A stretch of DNA of 64,000 nt from Gammaproteobacteria bacterium (GTDB taxonomy: Bacteria; Pseudomonadota; Gammaproteobacteria; CBDBNL01; JAAOII01), in contig OZ242372.1 of NCBI GenBank assembly GCA_965209035.1, forward strand, positions 1,888,001 to 1,952,000, given 5' to 3'. Below the pieces are notes generated by a model that was given only the letters and a program-made list of their open reading frames with translations, did not search any database and was not told the origin of the DNA. Of the stretch, positions 52,383 to 60,727 are shown piece after piece (within the stretch, counting starts at the first letter, position 1; each line of letters opens with the position of its first letter). The position numbers and the translations under genes were made by a program.

Positions 52383-52845
52383 ATTATTATTTTACCTTAT
52401 TTTATAAACCCCTTAAACTTGGCGCGGTGACCTGCCGGCTTCAAGTTAGTGATTCGTTAATAGTTGCACCTCAAAGAGTATCTTTAAAAAGAATTAAATT
52501 GCAAATCCGGCATCATTAACGGATCTTTTCCAAACTCCGATCATGCAAAACGGTTCAAGCCCGGACTGCCTCAAAACAAGAACCGCCCCCGGATATTAAC
52601 CAAGTTCGGGGAGTGTTTGTCTTAAGCAAACAATAAAAAAGGGAATTATATACTTGACAACTATTGAAAGGACACTTTTTGATTTCCCGGCCCTCAATAC
52701 TTCCGCCAAAGAATTGGCTGATTCCTAATCCGGCAAAGGATTGGGAAATCTTTTGATTTTGTAAAAGAGATGCCCGGTTAACCGGGTTTGTTAATTAAGA
52801 AGATAAAATTCGCTTTGTGACACGCAGCCCCGCGCTGCTTGATAT

Positions 52846-55602
52846 CTAAGACGATTTGCTGTTTGTGGCTGCGGCGGGCGGCGGGTTGAGAAGTTTTGGG
52901 AGGTCCTTGCGCAGGATCTTACCGACCGGCGATTTGGGAAGGACATCCGCAAACACGATGCGGTCGGGGATCTTGTAAGCGGTCAGCGAACCCCGGCAGT
53001 GTTTCAGCAGAGCCTCTGCGGTGCATTCCTCACCCTTCTTTGGAACAATAAAAGCGACAATCTCTTCGTCATCCTGCTCGTTCTTGATCCCGATACAACC
53101 GCTTTCGGCAACGGCGGGGTGTTTGTCCAGCACTTTTTCTATTTCGCTCGGATACACATTAAAGCCCGAAACAAGGATCACATCCTTCGCCCTGTCCACC
53201 AGATAGATGTAGCCCTTGTCGTCCATATAGCCGATGTCGCCGGTATTCAGCCATCCGTCCGTGCTCAGATCCTTTGCGGTCGCTTCGGGGTTCTCCCAAT
53301 AGCCCGCCATCACCTGCGGACCGCGCACAAACAACAGCCCCACGTTACCGGTTGATACGGGAGTAAGAGTTTTCTCGTCCAGGATAACGGCGAGAGTGGA
53401 CGGCACAGGTAAACCAATGCTGCCGTTGAATTCTTTTTGGTCGTAAGGATTGATCGTAATCACAGGCGATGCCTCGGTCAGACCATAGCCTTCTTTTAGC
53501 AGAACCCCGGTTGCCTTTTTCCAGTCGGCGGCAACCTTCGGATGCACCGCCATGCCGCCGCCGAGGGCGAGTATGAGTTTGCTAAAATCCAAAGTGGCAA
53601 ATTGCGGATGCGCCAGCATCGCTTTGAACAGCGTATTAACGCCGTCTATGCCGTGAAAGGTGTATTTTTTCATCGTCTTGATCAGCCCGTTGATGTCGCG
53701 CGGATTTGCCACCAAGACATTGTGCGCGCCTATGTGAAAAAAGAAGATACCGTTTACGGTGAGCGCGAAAATATGATACAACGGCAGGGCGGTCAGAGTC
53801 ACTCTTTGCTCCTCGGTGGAATCGCAGAAGTTGCGGGATACATGCGCGTAGCACTGGGCGACATTGGCGACCATGTTCCGATGGGTGAGGACAACCGCCT
53901 TGGGTTCGCCCGTGGTGCCGCCGGTAAACTGCAGAAATGCCATATCCTCCGCTGCGATATGCGGGTGATAAAAAGAGCATTTGGCGCCTTGCCGCAGGGC
54001 AGTGCGAAATCCGATGCCGGGCGGACGGCCGAACACAGGTTGCTTGCCTTTCAAGCTCAACACAAGATGGATGAGAACTCTTTTGAGCGGCGAAAGCATA
54101 TCCCCCAGACCGGTAACGATGAGATGTTGCGGGACGAGTTCCTTGGGGCAGGCATTAACTATCTTGAGTGCGCCGCTCCAAACGATCAACACTTTGGGGC
54201 GGGAGATACGCAGAATGGTGGTTAATTCTTCCGCCGTATATAGCGGGTTAATATTGACTACCGCGCCGCCGGCCGCCAAAGCGGCATAAACACTTAAAAG
54301 ATACTGACTGCAGTTCGGCATCATAATGCCAACGCGATCGCCTTTCTTGAGCTGCGAATGTGTCTGCAGCCATGCGGCCAGATGATTGTAGTGTCGGTGA
54401 ACCTGCGTATAGGTTGTCTTGCAACCAAACTCTTCGCATGCCACCCGTTCCGTATTTTCGGCACAGGCGATTTCAACAAGTTCCGCCAGGTTACGCCGAA
54501 CTTCCGTATTGGCAAACGGCGGCGTATCCGGCGGATAGTTGTGCCGCCAGTAGGGTTCCACCCGAAGATCCATAATTCGGGTGCCAGTCGCGATTTGCGG
54601 CTGCTCCTTGCCGGCGATCAGCCGTCTTGCAAAATCGTTGAATACCCTGTCCATAGCGCGCAAATAATTTTCTGTCAGTTCTATCAGGTTCCCAACATTT
54701 TCTTCGGTCGCCAGATCAATGGTATCGGTTTTCTCGTCCGGCAATATGGGGTCAAGCCGCAGATAGCCTTCGGGACTATCGTGAAAGATGGCTTTCATTT
54801 GCTCGTGTCCCTGAATCACGCCGATATCACTCATCAGTTCCACCAAGGGTGCGGCCCATTCCAGTTTCCCCCATTTCTTAATTTCTTTTGGCTCATATTG
54901 TTCCCGATAGAACCCGCCGCCGAGAGACAGAACATTCAAGTGCTTGGCGGATGCGTCCGGAAACAGTCGTCTGATTTCGGCATATGCCAGAAGTGCCGGG
55001 TTACGGGAATAGATGCCGCCGTCCACAAACAAGTATTCTTTCTTGGCAATGCTGGAAATTTCCGCGGGCGGAAAATAAGTCGGCGCACTGGAGATAGCCC
55101 GACACAGATCGCGCATGTAAAAGTTTTCTGCCGGGTTATGCCGGGCGCGATACTGCCGAAACAAAAAACATTCGTTGCCAAGCATATCATAGGCGGTGCT
55201 CAAATAGGGCTTGATGAGTTGGCTTAGTTTGACATCACCGCAATGTTTTTGAAAAACCTTTTCTATGGGTTCGCCCGAGTATTTGGGGCTTGTGATACGA
55301 TGTCCCCTGAGTGCCCTTTGCACTTTATTCAGAGCGAAGGCAATCCCGCCGCTTTCTATGTAAATCTCTTCGGTTTGTTTCGCCGAATGGCACGGCGAGA
55401 TCCCGTCTTTTTGCGGCATCAGGGCAAGGCTGCCGATTAGGCCGCCGCCGGACGCCCCTACAATAAAATCAAAATAGTCGGCAATACGCGCTTCGGGGTT
55501 GCCGGATAGTTCTTGAAGTCTTTCTTCCAAACGCACCAATACCCGCGCCGCAATAACACCGCGGATCCCGCCGCCGTCTATGGCAAGGATATTGCGTATC
55601 AC
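52846..55602 (-). CDS. Fusion of a patatin-like phospholipase and a long-chain fatty acyl-CoA ligase (FadD-like)
   Basis: Residues 1 to about 330: DGGGIRG, GASGG, SAPTYF, DGG. Residues from about 350: FLQFTGGTTGEPK, EGYGLTEASP, TGDIG, KSPVGKILR. Single uninterrupted 918-aa ORF. Confidence 0.88.
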   Translation of the reverse strand: MIRNILAIDGGGIRGVIAARVLVRLEERLQELSGNPEARIADYFDFIVGASGGGLIGSLALMPQKDGISPCHSAKQTEEIYIESGGIAFALNKVQRALRGHRITSPKYSGEPIEKVFQKHCGDVKLSQLIKPYLSTAYDMLGNECFLFRQYRARHNPAENFYMRDLCRAISSAPTYFPPAEISSIAKKEYLFVDGGIYSRNPALLAYAEIRRLFPDASAKHLNVLSLGGGFYREQYEPKEIKKWGKLEWAAPLVELMSDIGVIQGHEQMKAIFHDSPEGYLRLDPILPDEKTDTIDLATEENVGNLIELTENYLRAMDRVFNDFARRLIAGKEQPQIATGTRIMDLRVEPYWRHNYPPDTPPFANTEVRRNLAELVEIACAENTERVACEEFGCKTTYTQVHRHYNHLAAWLQTHSQLKKGDRVGIMMPNCSQYLLSVYAALAAGGAVVNINPLYTAEELTTILRISRPKVLIVWSGALKIVNACPKELVPQHLIVTGLGDMLSPLKRVLIHLVLSLKGKQPVFGRPPGIGFRTALRQGAKCSFYHPHIAAEDMAFLQFTGGTTGEPKAVVLTHRNMVANVAQCYAHVSRNFCDSTEEQRVTLTALPLYHIFALTVNGIFFFHIGAHNVLVANPRDINGLIKTMKKYTFHGIDGVNTLFKAMLAHPQFATLDFSKLILALGGGMAVHPKVAADWKKATGVLLKEGYGLTEASPVITINPYDQKEFNGSIGLPVPSTLAVILDEKTLTPVSTGNVGLLFVRGPQVMAGYWENPEATAKDLSTDGWLNTGDIGYMDDKGYIYLVDRAKDVILVSGFNVYPSEIEKVLDKHPAVAESGCIGIKNEQDDEEIVAFIVPKKGEECTAEALLKHCRGSLTAYKIPDRIVFADVLPKSPVGKILRKDLPKLLNPPPAAATNSKSS

Positions 55603-56774
55603 ACTCTCTCAAAAATACCGGCGGCGCCCATCCCCGTGCCGATACACATTGTGACCATCCCGTAACGCAGTTTTTGCCGCTTCATCCCATGCAACAGGGT
55701 GGCGGTGCGGATTGCTCCGGTCGCCCCCAAAGGATGCCCCAACGCGATGGCACCGCCAAGCGGGTTGACAAGCGTGCGTTCCAGTTTCAATTCGTTGATC
55801 ACCGCAAGCGTCTGTGCGGCAAAAGCCTCGTTCAATTCTATCCATTGCAGATCTGCGATTTTCAGGTTGCTTTGTTGCAGTGCGCGCGGAATTGCCTCTA
55901 CGGGACCTATCCCCATGATAGCGGGCGGCACACCCGCCACCGCATAGCCGACAAACCGTGCCAGCGGCTCCGCCCCCGTTCGTTTGACAGTTTCCGCATC
56001 CGCCAGCACAGCCAGGCCCGCCCCGTCGCTCACCTGCGAACTGCTACCCGCGGTCACAGTGCCGTCTTTGGCAAATGCCGGTTTCAATCGAGCAAGGGCC
56101 TCGGCCGAGGTGTCGCGCCTGGGACCTTCGTCCCGCGTAACAGTCCGTGGCTTGTTCACTATTTTGTTGCCTTCAAGCAACCGACGGGTGGTCTTAATGG
56201 GCAGGATCTCCGCATCAAAATGGCCCGCTGCCGCCGCCGCACAGGCACGCCGATGACTTTCCAACGCATAGGCATCTTGTTCCTCCCGCCCGACGCCATA
56301 CTGCCGTGCCACATTTTCCGCGGTGATGCCCATCCCATAGGCGATGGCAACATCTTCGTCCTCAAAGAGTTTCGGGTTGAATGCCGGCTTGTTGCCGATC
56401 ATCGGCACCATGCTCATACTCTCCAGTCCGCCGGCAAGAATCAGTTTTGACTTGCCCGTGGCGATGCGATCGGCCGCGACCGCGATGGCTTGCAAGCCGG
56501 ACGAGCAGAGTCGGTTCACCGTCATCGCCGGCACGCTCTGCGGCAACCCCCCCAACAAGGAGCAGATGCGCGCCACATTAAAAGCCTGTTCGCTTTCCGG
56601 CAGGGCGCAGCCCAAAACAACATCGTCAACGGTCTCCGGCTCCAGTTTGGGATGCCGCCGCATCACTTCTTTAATCAAGCGCGCGCACAGGTCATCGCTT
56701 CTGGTATGGGCAAAGACCCCGCGCGCCTTGCCCACGGGCGTGCGCAGTGCGTCAAGGATAAATACTTCGTTCAT
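55599..56774 (-). CDS. fadA: Acetyl-CoA C-acyltransferase (thiolase)
   Basis: VNRLCSSGLQA, NEAFA, GGAIALGHPLGATG, MCIGTGMG. Confidence 0.93.
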   Translation of the reverse strand: MNEVFILDALRTPVGKARGVFAHTRSDDLCARLIKEVMRRHPKLEPETVDDVVLGCALPESEQAFNVARICSLLGGLPQSVPAMTVNRLCSSGLQAIAVAADRIATGKSKLILAGGLESMSMVPMIGNKPAFNPKLFEDEDVAIAYGMGITAENVARQYGVGREEQDAYALESHRRACAAAAAGHFDAEILPIKTTRRLLEGNKIVNKPRTVTRDEGPRRDTSAEALARLKPAFAKDGTVTAGSSSQVSDGAGLAVLADAETVKRTGAEPLARFVGYAVAGVPPAIMGIGPVEAIPRALQQSNLKIADLQWIELNEAFAAQTLAVINELKLERTLVNPLGGAIALGHPLGATGAIRTATLLHGMKRQKLRYGMVTMCIGTGMGAAGIFERV

Positions 56775-56819
56775 TTTCTCAGTTCTCTAAATTCTTAATT
56801 CCTTAGTTTCCTAATTTCC

Positions 56820-59258
56820 TTAGTTTCTAAGCGGCTTACCGGTCTTCAAAATATGTTCTATGCGTTTTTGCGACAGGCTCGTCTTAAGCAGACGCAAGAA
56901 CCCCTCGCGTTCCAGTTGCAGAAGGTATGCGTCGCTCGCCGTTTGGTCGGCATCGGTTTCCCCGCCGCAAAGAACATTGGCGATTTCGGCGGCACAGAAA
57001 TAATCGTGTTCGGATATAAAGTTGCCGGCGCGCAAATTGGTAAGCTGTGCGAGAAAATTACCTTTGCCCGGCCTGCCGGCAATCTTAATATCATTGCGCC
57101 GGTACGGCGGCCGATAGCTGCCGCGCATCAATTCCAGGGCGGAGCTGCGCGCCACATAAAGCAATTCCTGCGGGTTGGCGATTACTTTATCCGCCGCGCG
57201 CAGATACCCCATTCGCCGAGCATCGTCCGCACCGGATGCAACCTTGGCGAGAGCGATCTGCTCATAAAACTTTGCCAGAAACGGAAAAAGCGGGGTCTCG
57301 CCCGCGCACTCTTCGGCACGGCGCGCCATTTCCTTGCTGCCGCCGCCGGCCGGCAGGACGCCGACACCGATTTCAACCAAGCCAATAAAACTGTTCGTCG
57401 TTGCCACCACCCGATCGCAGTGCAACAACAGTTCGCAGCCGCCGCCAAGTGCCAAGCCGTCAACCGCCGCCACCACCGGAATGTCGCCGTGTTTGAACGA
57501 CATGCAAATGTTCTGCAATCTTTGGATCACCTCCCGTATGGGCGGCAACTTTCCGAGTTTCGGCAGTTTCGGATTGAGGGCCTCAAATGCCCGCATTTTA
57601 ATGTCCGTTAGCATCCCGCTTTGTTCGTAAGCGCCGAGTTTGGCACTCGCCAAAATCTGATACAAATTGGCGCCCGCACAAAAGGGGGCTTCTTCTTGCC
57701 AAAGAATGAGCGCGCCATATTCCGCGGTCGCCTTTGCCCAAACGGTTTCAAGATCTTTAAGAAGTTCGTAAGAAATCGTATGCATCTTGGTTTTGAAGTT
57801 AACCGCCAGAATTTCATCGCCCAGGTCGGTCGCCCGCAACCATTCCGTTTCCTCAACAACCTTTAACTGCGGGATCTTTTCGGCGGACATCACCAAAGGT
57901 GCCAGGTCGGTCGGCTGGTTTTTGGTTGGCAGGTATTCCTTGGCGGCCGGAGACCAGGCACCCTTGTTATTGTAGAAGCCGTCCGGCGGAGTGGGCGGCA
58001 ATTTCGCATCGCTCATCGCCCGCCCTTCTCTAATGTCTTCTTCAATCAGAGCGGTCAGGGACTTGCCGCCGGCAGACTGCCACAAGGAAAAGATACCGTC
58101 CTTCCAGCCGAAGCCGTGCCGCATGGCAAGATCCGCAGCGCGCGCCGTCTCCGCCAGTTCGGGCAGATGCGTCAGGGCATAATGAAACTGATCGCGATGA
58201 ACGGCCCACAAAAACTGACAGTGGGGGTCTTTAGATTCCCGCAGCTTCGGCAAGGCGGCGGCGATGCCATCGCCGAGCAGTCGCCTGCACTCTTTGGAAA
58301 TTTTCTTGTCCGCGGTACGATAGTCGTTTGTCTCGGTATCAAATACCAGAATATCCTTGCCGACCTTTTTGTAAATGCCTTTGCCGGTTTTTTGCCCGAG
58401 ACTGCCGGCGGCTACCATCTTGGTCATCCACTCCGGCGGGGCGAAGTGTTGCCGCCACGGATCCTGTTTCAATACTTCCGTCAGATTGTTCATCACCGCG
58501 ATGATGATATCCAACCCGACCAGATCCGCCGTGCGAAAGCAAGCACTCTTGGCACGGTTAATGCGTGTCCCGCAAAGAGCGTCCGCCGTGTCAAAACCGA
58601 TGCCCAAACGCCGGGCATGGAAAAGGGCGGCCGCCATACCAAACACACCGAGGCGATTGGCAATAAACCCGGGCGAGTCCTTCGCCCGCACCGTCTGCTT
58701 GCCCGCAACGGAAGTGAGAAATCGTTCCAACTGCGCCGCCGTTTCCTTGTCCGCCTTTTCGTGCATGATCAATTCCGTCAGTGGCATATAGCGCGGCGGA
58801 TTAAAGAAATGCATACCAAAAAATCGTTGCCGCAGACTTGCCGGCATCCACTCACTCATCCGCGTGATACTCAAAGCCGAGGTGTTGGAAGCCAGAATGG
58901 CGTTGGAATTCAAATGCGGGATGACCTTGCCGTAAACCGACTTTTTAATGTCAAGGTTTTCGCTGACCGCTTCTATGACCAGATGGCGATCTTTCAGAAG
59001 CGGCAGATTATCCTTGTAAGAGGCGGGGCGAATACGCCCCCCCCAATTCGGCAGTGCCAAGGCCGGCGGTTTGAGTGACTTGAGATTCTTAATCGCCTTT
59101 TGGGCCGTCGCGTTTGGATCTTCTGCCTCTGTCAGACCGAACAGGACAACATCCAGCCCGCAGTTGGTCAGGTGAGCGGCAATCTGCGCGCCCATAGTGC
59201 CGGTGCCAAGCACAGCAATGTGCTTAAATTCCCGATACAAGTGCGTTTCTCTCGTCAT
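56820..59258 (-). CDS. 3-hydroxyacyl-CoA dehydrogenase / enoyl-CoA hydratase (FadN-type domain order)
   Basis: GTGTMG, SNTS, HFFNPPRY, PGFIANR, followed by a crotonase domain (ALGGGCE, GLVEIGVGVLPAGGG). Confidence 0.92.
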   Translation of the reverse strand: MTRETHLYREFKHIAVLGTGTMGAQIAAHLTNCGLDVVLFGLTEAEDPNATAQKAIKNLKSLKPPALALPNWGGRIRPASYKDNLPLLKDRHLVIEAVSENLDIKKSVYGKVIPHLNSNAILASNTSALSITRMSEWMPASLRQRFFGMHFFNPPRYMPLTELIMHEKADKETAAQLERFLTSVAGKQTVRAKDSPGFIANRLGVFGMAAALFHARRLGIGFDTADALCGTRINRAKSACFRTADLVGLDIIIAVMNNLTEVLKQDPWRQHFAPPEWMTKMVAAGSLGQKTGKGIYKKVGKDILVFDTETNDYRTADKKISKECRRLLGDGIAAALPKLRESKDPHCQFLWAVHRDQFHYALTHLPELAETARAADLAMRHGFGWKDGIFSLWQSAGGKSLTALIEEDIREGRAMSDAKLPPTPPDGFYNNKGAWSPAAKEYLPTKNQPTDLAPLVMSAEKIPQLKVVEETEWLRATDLGDEILAVNFKTKMHTISYELLKDLETVWAKATAEYGALILWQEEAPFCAGANLYQILASAKLGAYEQSGMLTDIKMRAFEALNPKLPKLGKLPPIREVIQRLQNICMSFKHGDIPVVAAVDGLALGGGCELLLHCDRVVATTNSFIGLVEIGVGVLPAGGGSKEMARRAEECAGETPLFPFLAKFYEQIALAKVASGADDARRMGYLRAADKVIANPQELLYVARSSALELMRGSYRPPYRRNDIKIAGRPGKGNFLAQLTNLRAGNFISEHDYFCAAEIANVLCGGETDADQTASDAYLLQLEREGFLRLLKTSLSQKRIEHILKTGKPLRN

Positions 59259-59327
59259 TTATTTATCCTTCACTTTCAACTTCAACTTCGGCAATTCGGC
59301 CGGCAATATTTGCAAGGTTTGCTATAT

Positions 59328-59735
59328 TTAAAGAATCTTGAATTCCCCGTCCAGCACCCGCACACTGCCGGAAAACTTGCGTTGCAGATACACCCGCACC
59401 AAAGTGCGCAGCAAATAAACGCGAAGGGCGGGAACGAGCAACAAGAGACCGATACTGTCGGTAATGAATCCGGGCGTAATGAAAAGACAGCCGGCAACCA
59501 GTAACAGCAAACTGTGCCACAGGGCAAATGCGGGCAGCCGACCCGAGTGCAGTTCGCGATTTATCTTGATCCACAGGGTGACTCCCTGCCGTTTGATGAG
59601 CGACGCCCCGATGAAAGCGGTTAGGACAACCAGCAGGACGGTGGTCAAAGCACCAATCGCACCGCCGACCTCAATCAACAGATAGAGTTCCAAAATCGGA
59701 AAACCGATGAACAGCAAGAAGAGCCAAATCCGCAT
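59328..59735 (-). CDS. fxsA: FxsA family membrane protein
   Basis: PILELYLLIEVG..IG, QG, PGFITD.IGLLLLVP, VLDGEF. Confidence 0.9.
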   Translation of the reverse strand: MRIWLFLLFIGFPILELYLLIEVGGAIGALTTVLLVVLTAFIGASLIKRQGVTLWIKINRELHSGRLPAFALWHSLLLLVAGCLFITPGFITDSIGLLLLVPALRVYLLRTLVRVYLQRKFSGSVRVLDGEFKIL

Positions 59736-59801
59736 CACTCTTTTATTATACAAACTTTCGCATCAATGATGCACCAAAAACCTGCCATAATTTTTGACGG
59801 T

Positions 59802-59912
59802 GATCCAAGTAACACATCGCAAGCATGGGCTGTTGCAACTTGGAACATCATTACGAACGCCCTGTGCCGATGCCGATTCAAGTAACACATTGCAAGCACG
59901 GGCTGTTGCAAC
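59802..59912. CRISPR. Putative degenerate mini-array: two 38-bp repeats and one 35-bp spacer
   Basis: gatccaagtaacacatcgcaagcatgggctgttgcaac (59802-59839) and gattcaagtaacacattgcaagcacgggctgttgcaac (59875-59912), 3 mismatches. The reverse strand reads GTTGCAAC...TTGAATC. The repeat itself is certain; the CRISPR origin is inferred. Confidence 0.45.
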
Positions 59913-60047
59913 CCTGCCGCGCGCTCATCTGCTTTTACCTGCCCGGGCGAGATGCCATACTCTCCCGAAATGCTTTGGTGCTTTCCGGCACACTTAACAA
60001 AGTTGCCTGTATTTAATGATGCCCCGCCGGAATTGTTTGGCTTAACC

Positions 60048-60431
60048 GGTGCGTTCAAGTGCGGCGACCAAATTGGCACAGGAATAACCTTCCTTTCGCG
60101 GATGCATGCTTGCCTAAAGGGTGCTTTCAAGTGTGGCGATCAAATTGGCACAGGAATAACCTTCCTTTCGCGGATGCATGCTTGCCTAAAGGGTGCTTTC
60201 AAGTGGGGCGATCAAATTGGCACAGGAATAACCTTCCTTTCGCGGATGCATGCTTGCCTAAAGGGTGCGTTCAAGTGGGGCGATCAAATTGGCACAGGAA
60301 TAACCTTCCTTTCGCGGATGCATGCTTGCCTAAAGGGTGCGTTCAAGTGGGGCGATCAAATTGGCACAGGAATAACCTTCCTTTCGCGGATGCATGCTTG
60401 CCTAAAGGGTGCTTCAAGTGGGGCGATCAAA
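60048..60431. repeat. 72-bp tandem repeat, 5 full copies plus a partial sixth
   Basis: Units start at 60048, 60120, 60192, 60264, 60336 and 60408; each contains ttcaagtgNggcgaYcaaa, the comM 3' end. Confidence 0.97.
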
Positions 60432-60598
60432 ATCACAACGATAAGCCAACGCTTCCGTGATGTGATGCTTTTCTGTGACTTCCTTGCCTTCCAAATCCGC
60501 CAGAGTGCGCGCCACCCGCAGCAAGCGATGATAACCGCGCATAGAAATCCCCAACTTGGTGCGCGCCATGTTTAGAATTTCCTTGCCCGCCTGGTCGG
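60413..60598 (-). pseudogene. Duplicated 3' end of comM (186 bp)
   Basis: Matches 60721-60906 at an offset of 308 bp with 5 substitutions. Confidence 0.93.
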
Positions 60599-60620
60599 TC
60601 TTGCCTGCTGGGTGCTTTTC

Positions 60621-60727
60621 TTTTAAGGCGTGGCGATTAAGTGCGGCGTTCAAGTCACCAAAGAACTCTGCGACAAAGTATTAAAGCAGCGTTTTTAAGG
60701 TGCGACGATTAAGTGGGGCATTCAAGT
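60621..60727. repeat. Degenerate 35-bp repeat pair with a 72-bp period
   Basis: ttttaaggcgtggcgattaagtgcggcgttcaagt (60621-60655) vs ttttaaggtgcgacgattaagtggggcattcaagt (60693-60727), separated by a 37-bp unique segment. Confidence 0.8.

Noticed and set aside
52383-52845. Possible ncRNA in the long prpB-proximal intergenic region
   Set aside because: Several short hairpins, but no recognisable RNA family; explainable as terminator and promoter sequence.
54600-55602. Patatin domain as a CBASS CapV effector
   Set aside because: No CD-NTase or cap genes are nearby; it is fused to FadD and coupled to a thiolase gene.
60057-60065. AAGTGCGG resembling the Pasteurellaceae uptake signal near comM
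   Set aside because: It is not the full AAGTGCGGT, has no AT-rich flanks, and is a variant of the local comM-end motif.
59952-60575. 207-aa and 133-aa ORFs with 24-aa repeats
   Set aside because: The open frames follow from a 72-bp unit lacking stops in two frames; the longer one runs antisense into the comM copy. No evidence of coding.
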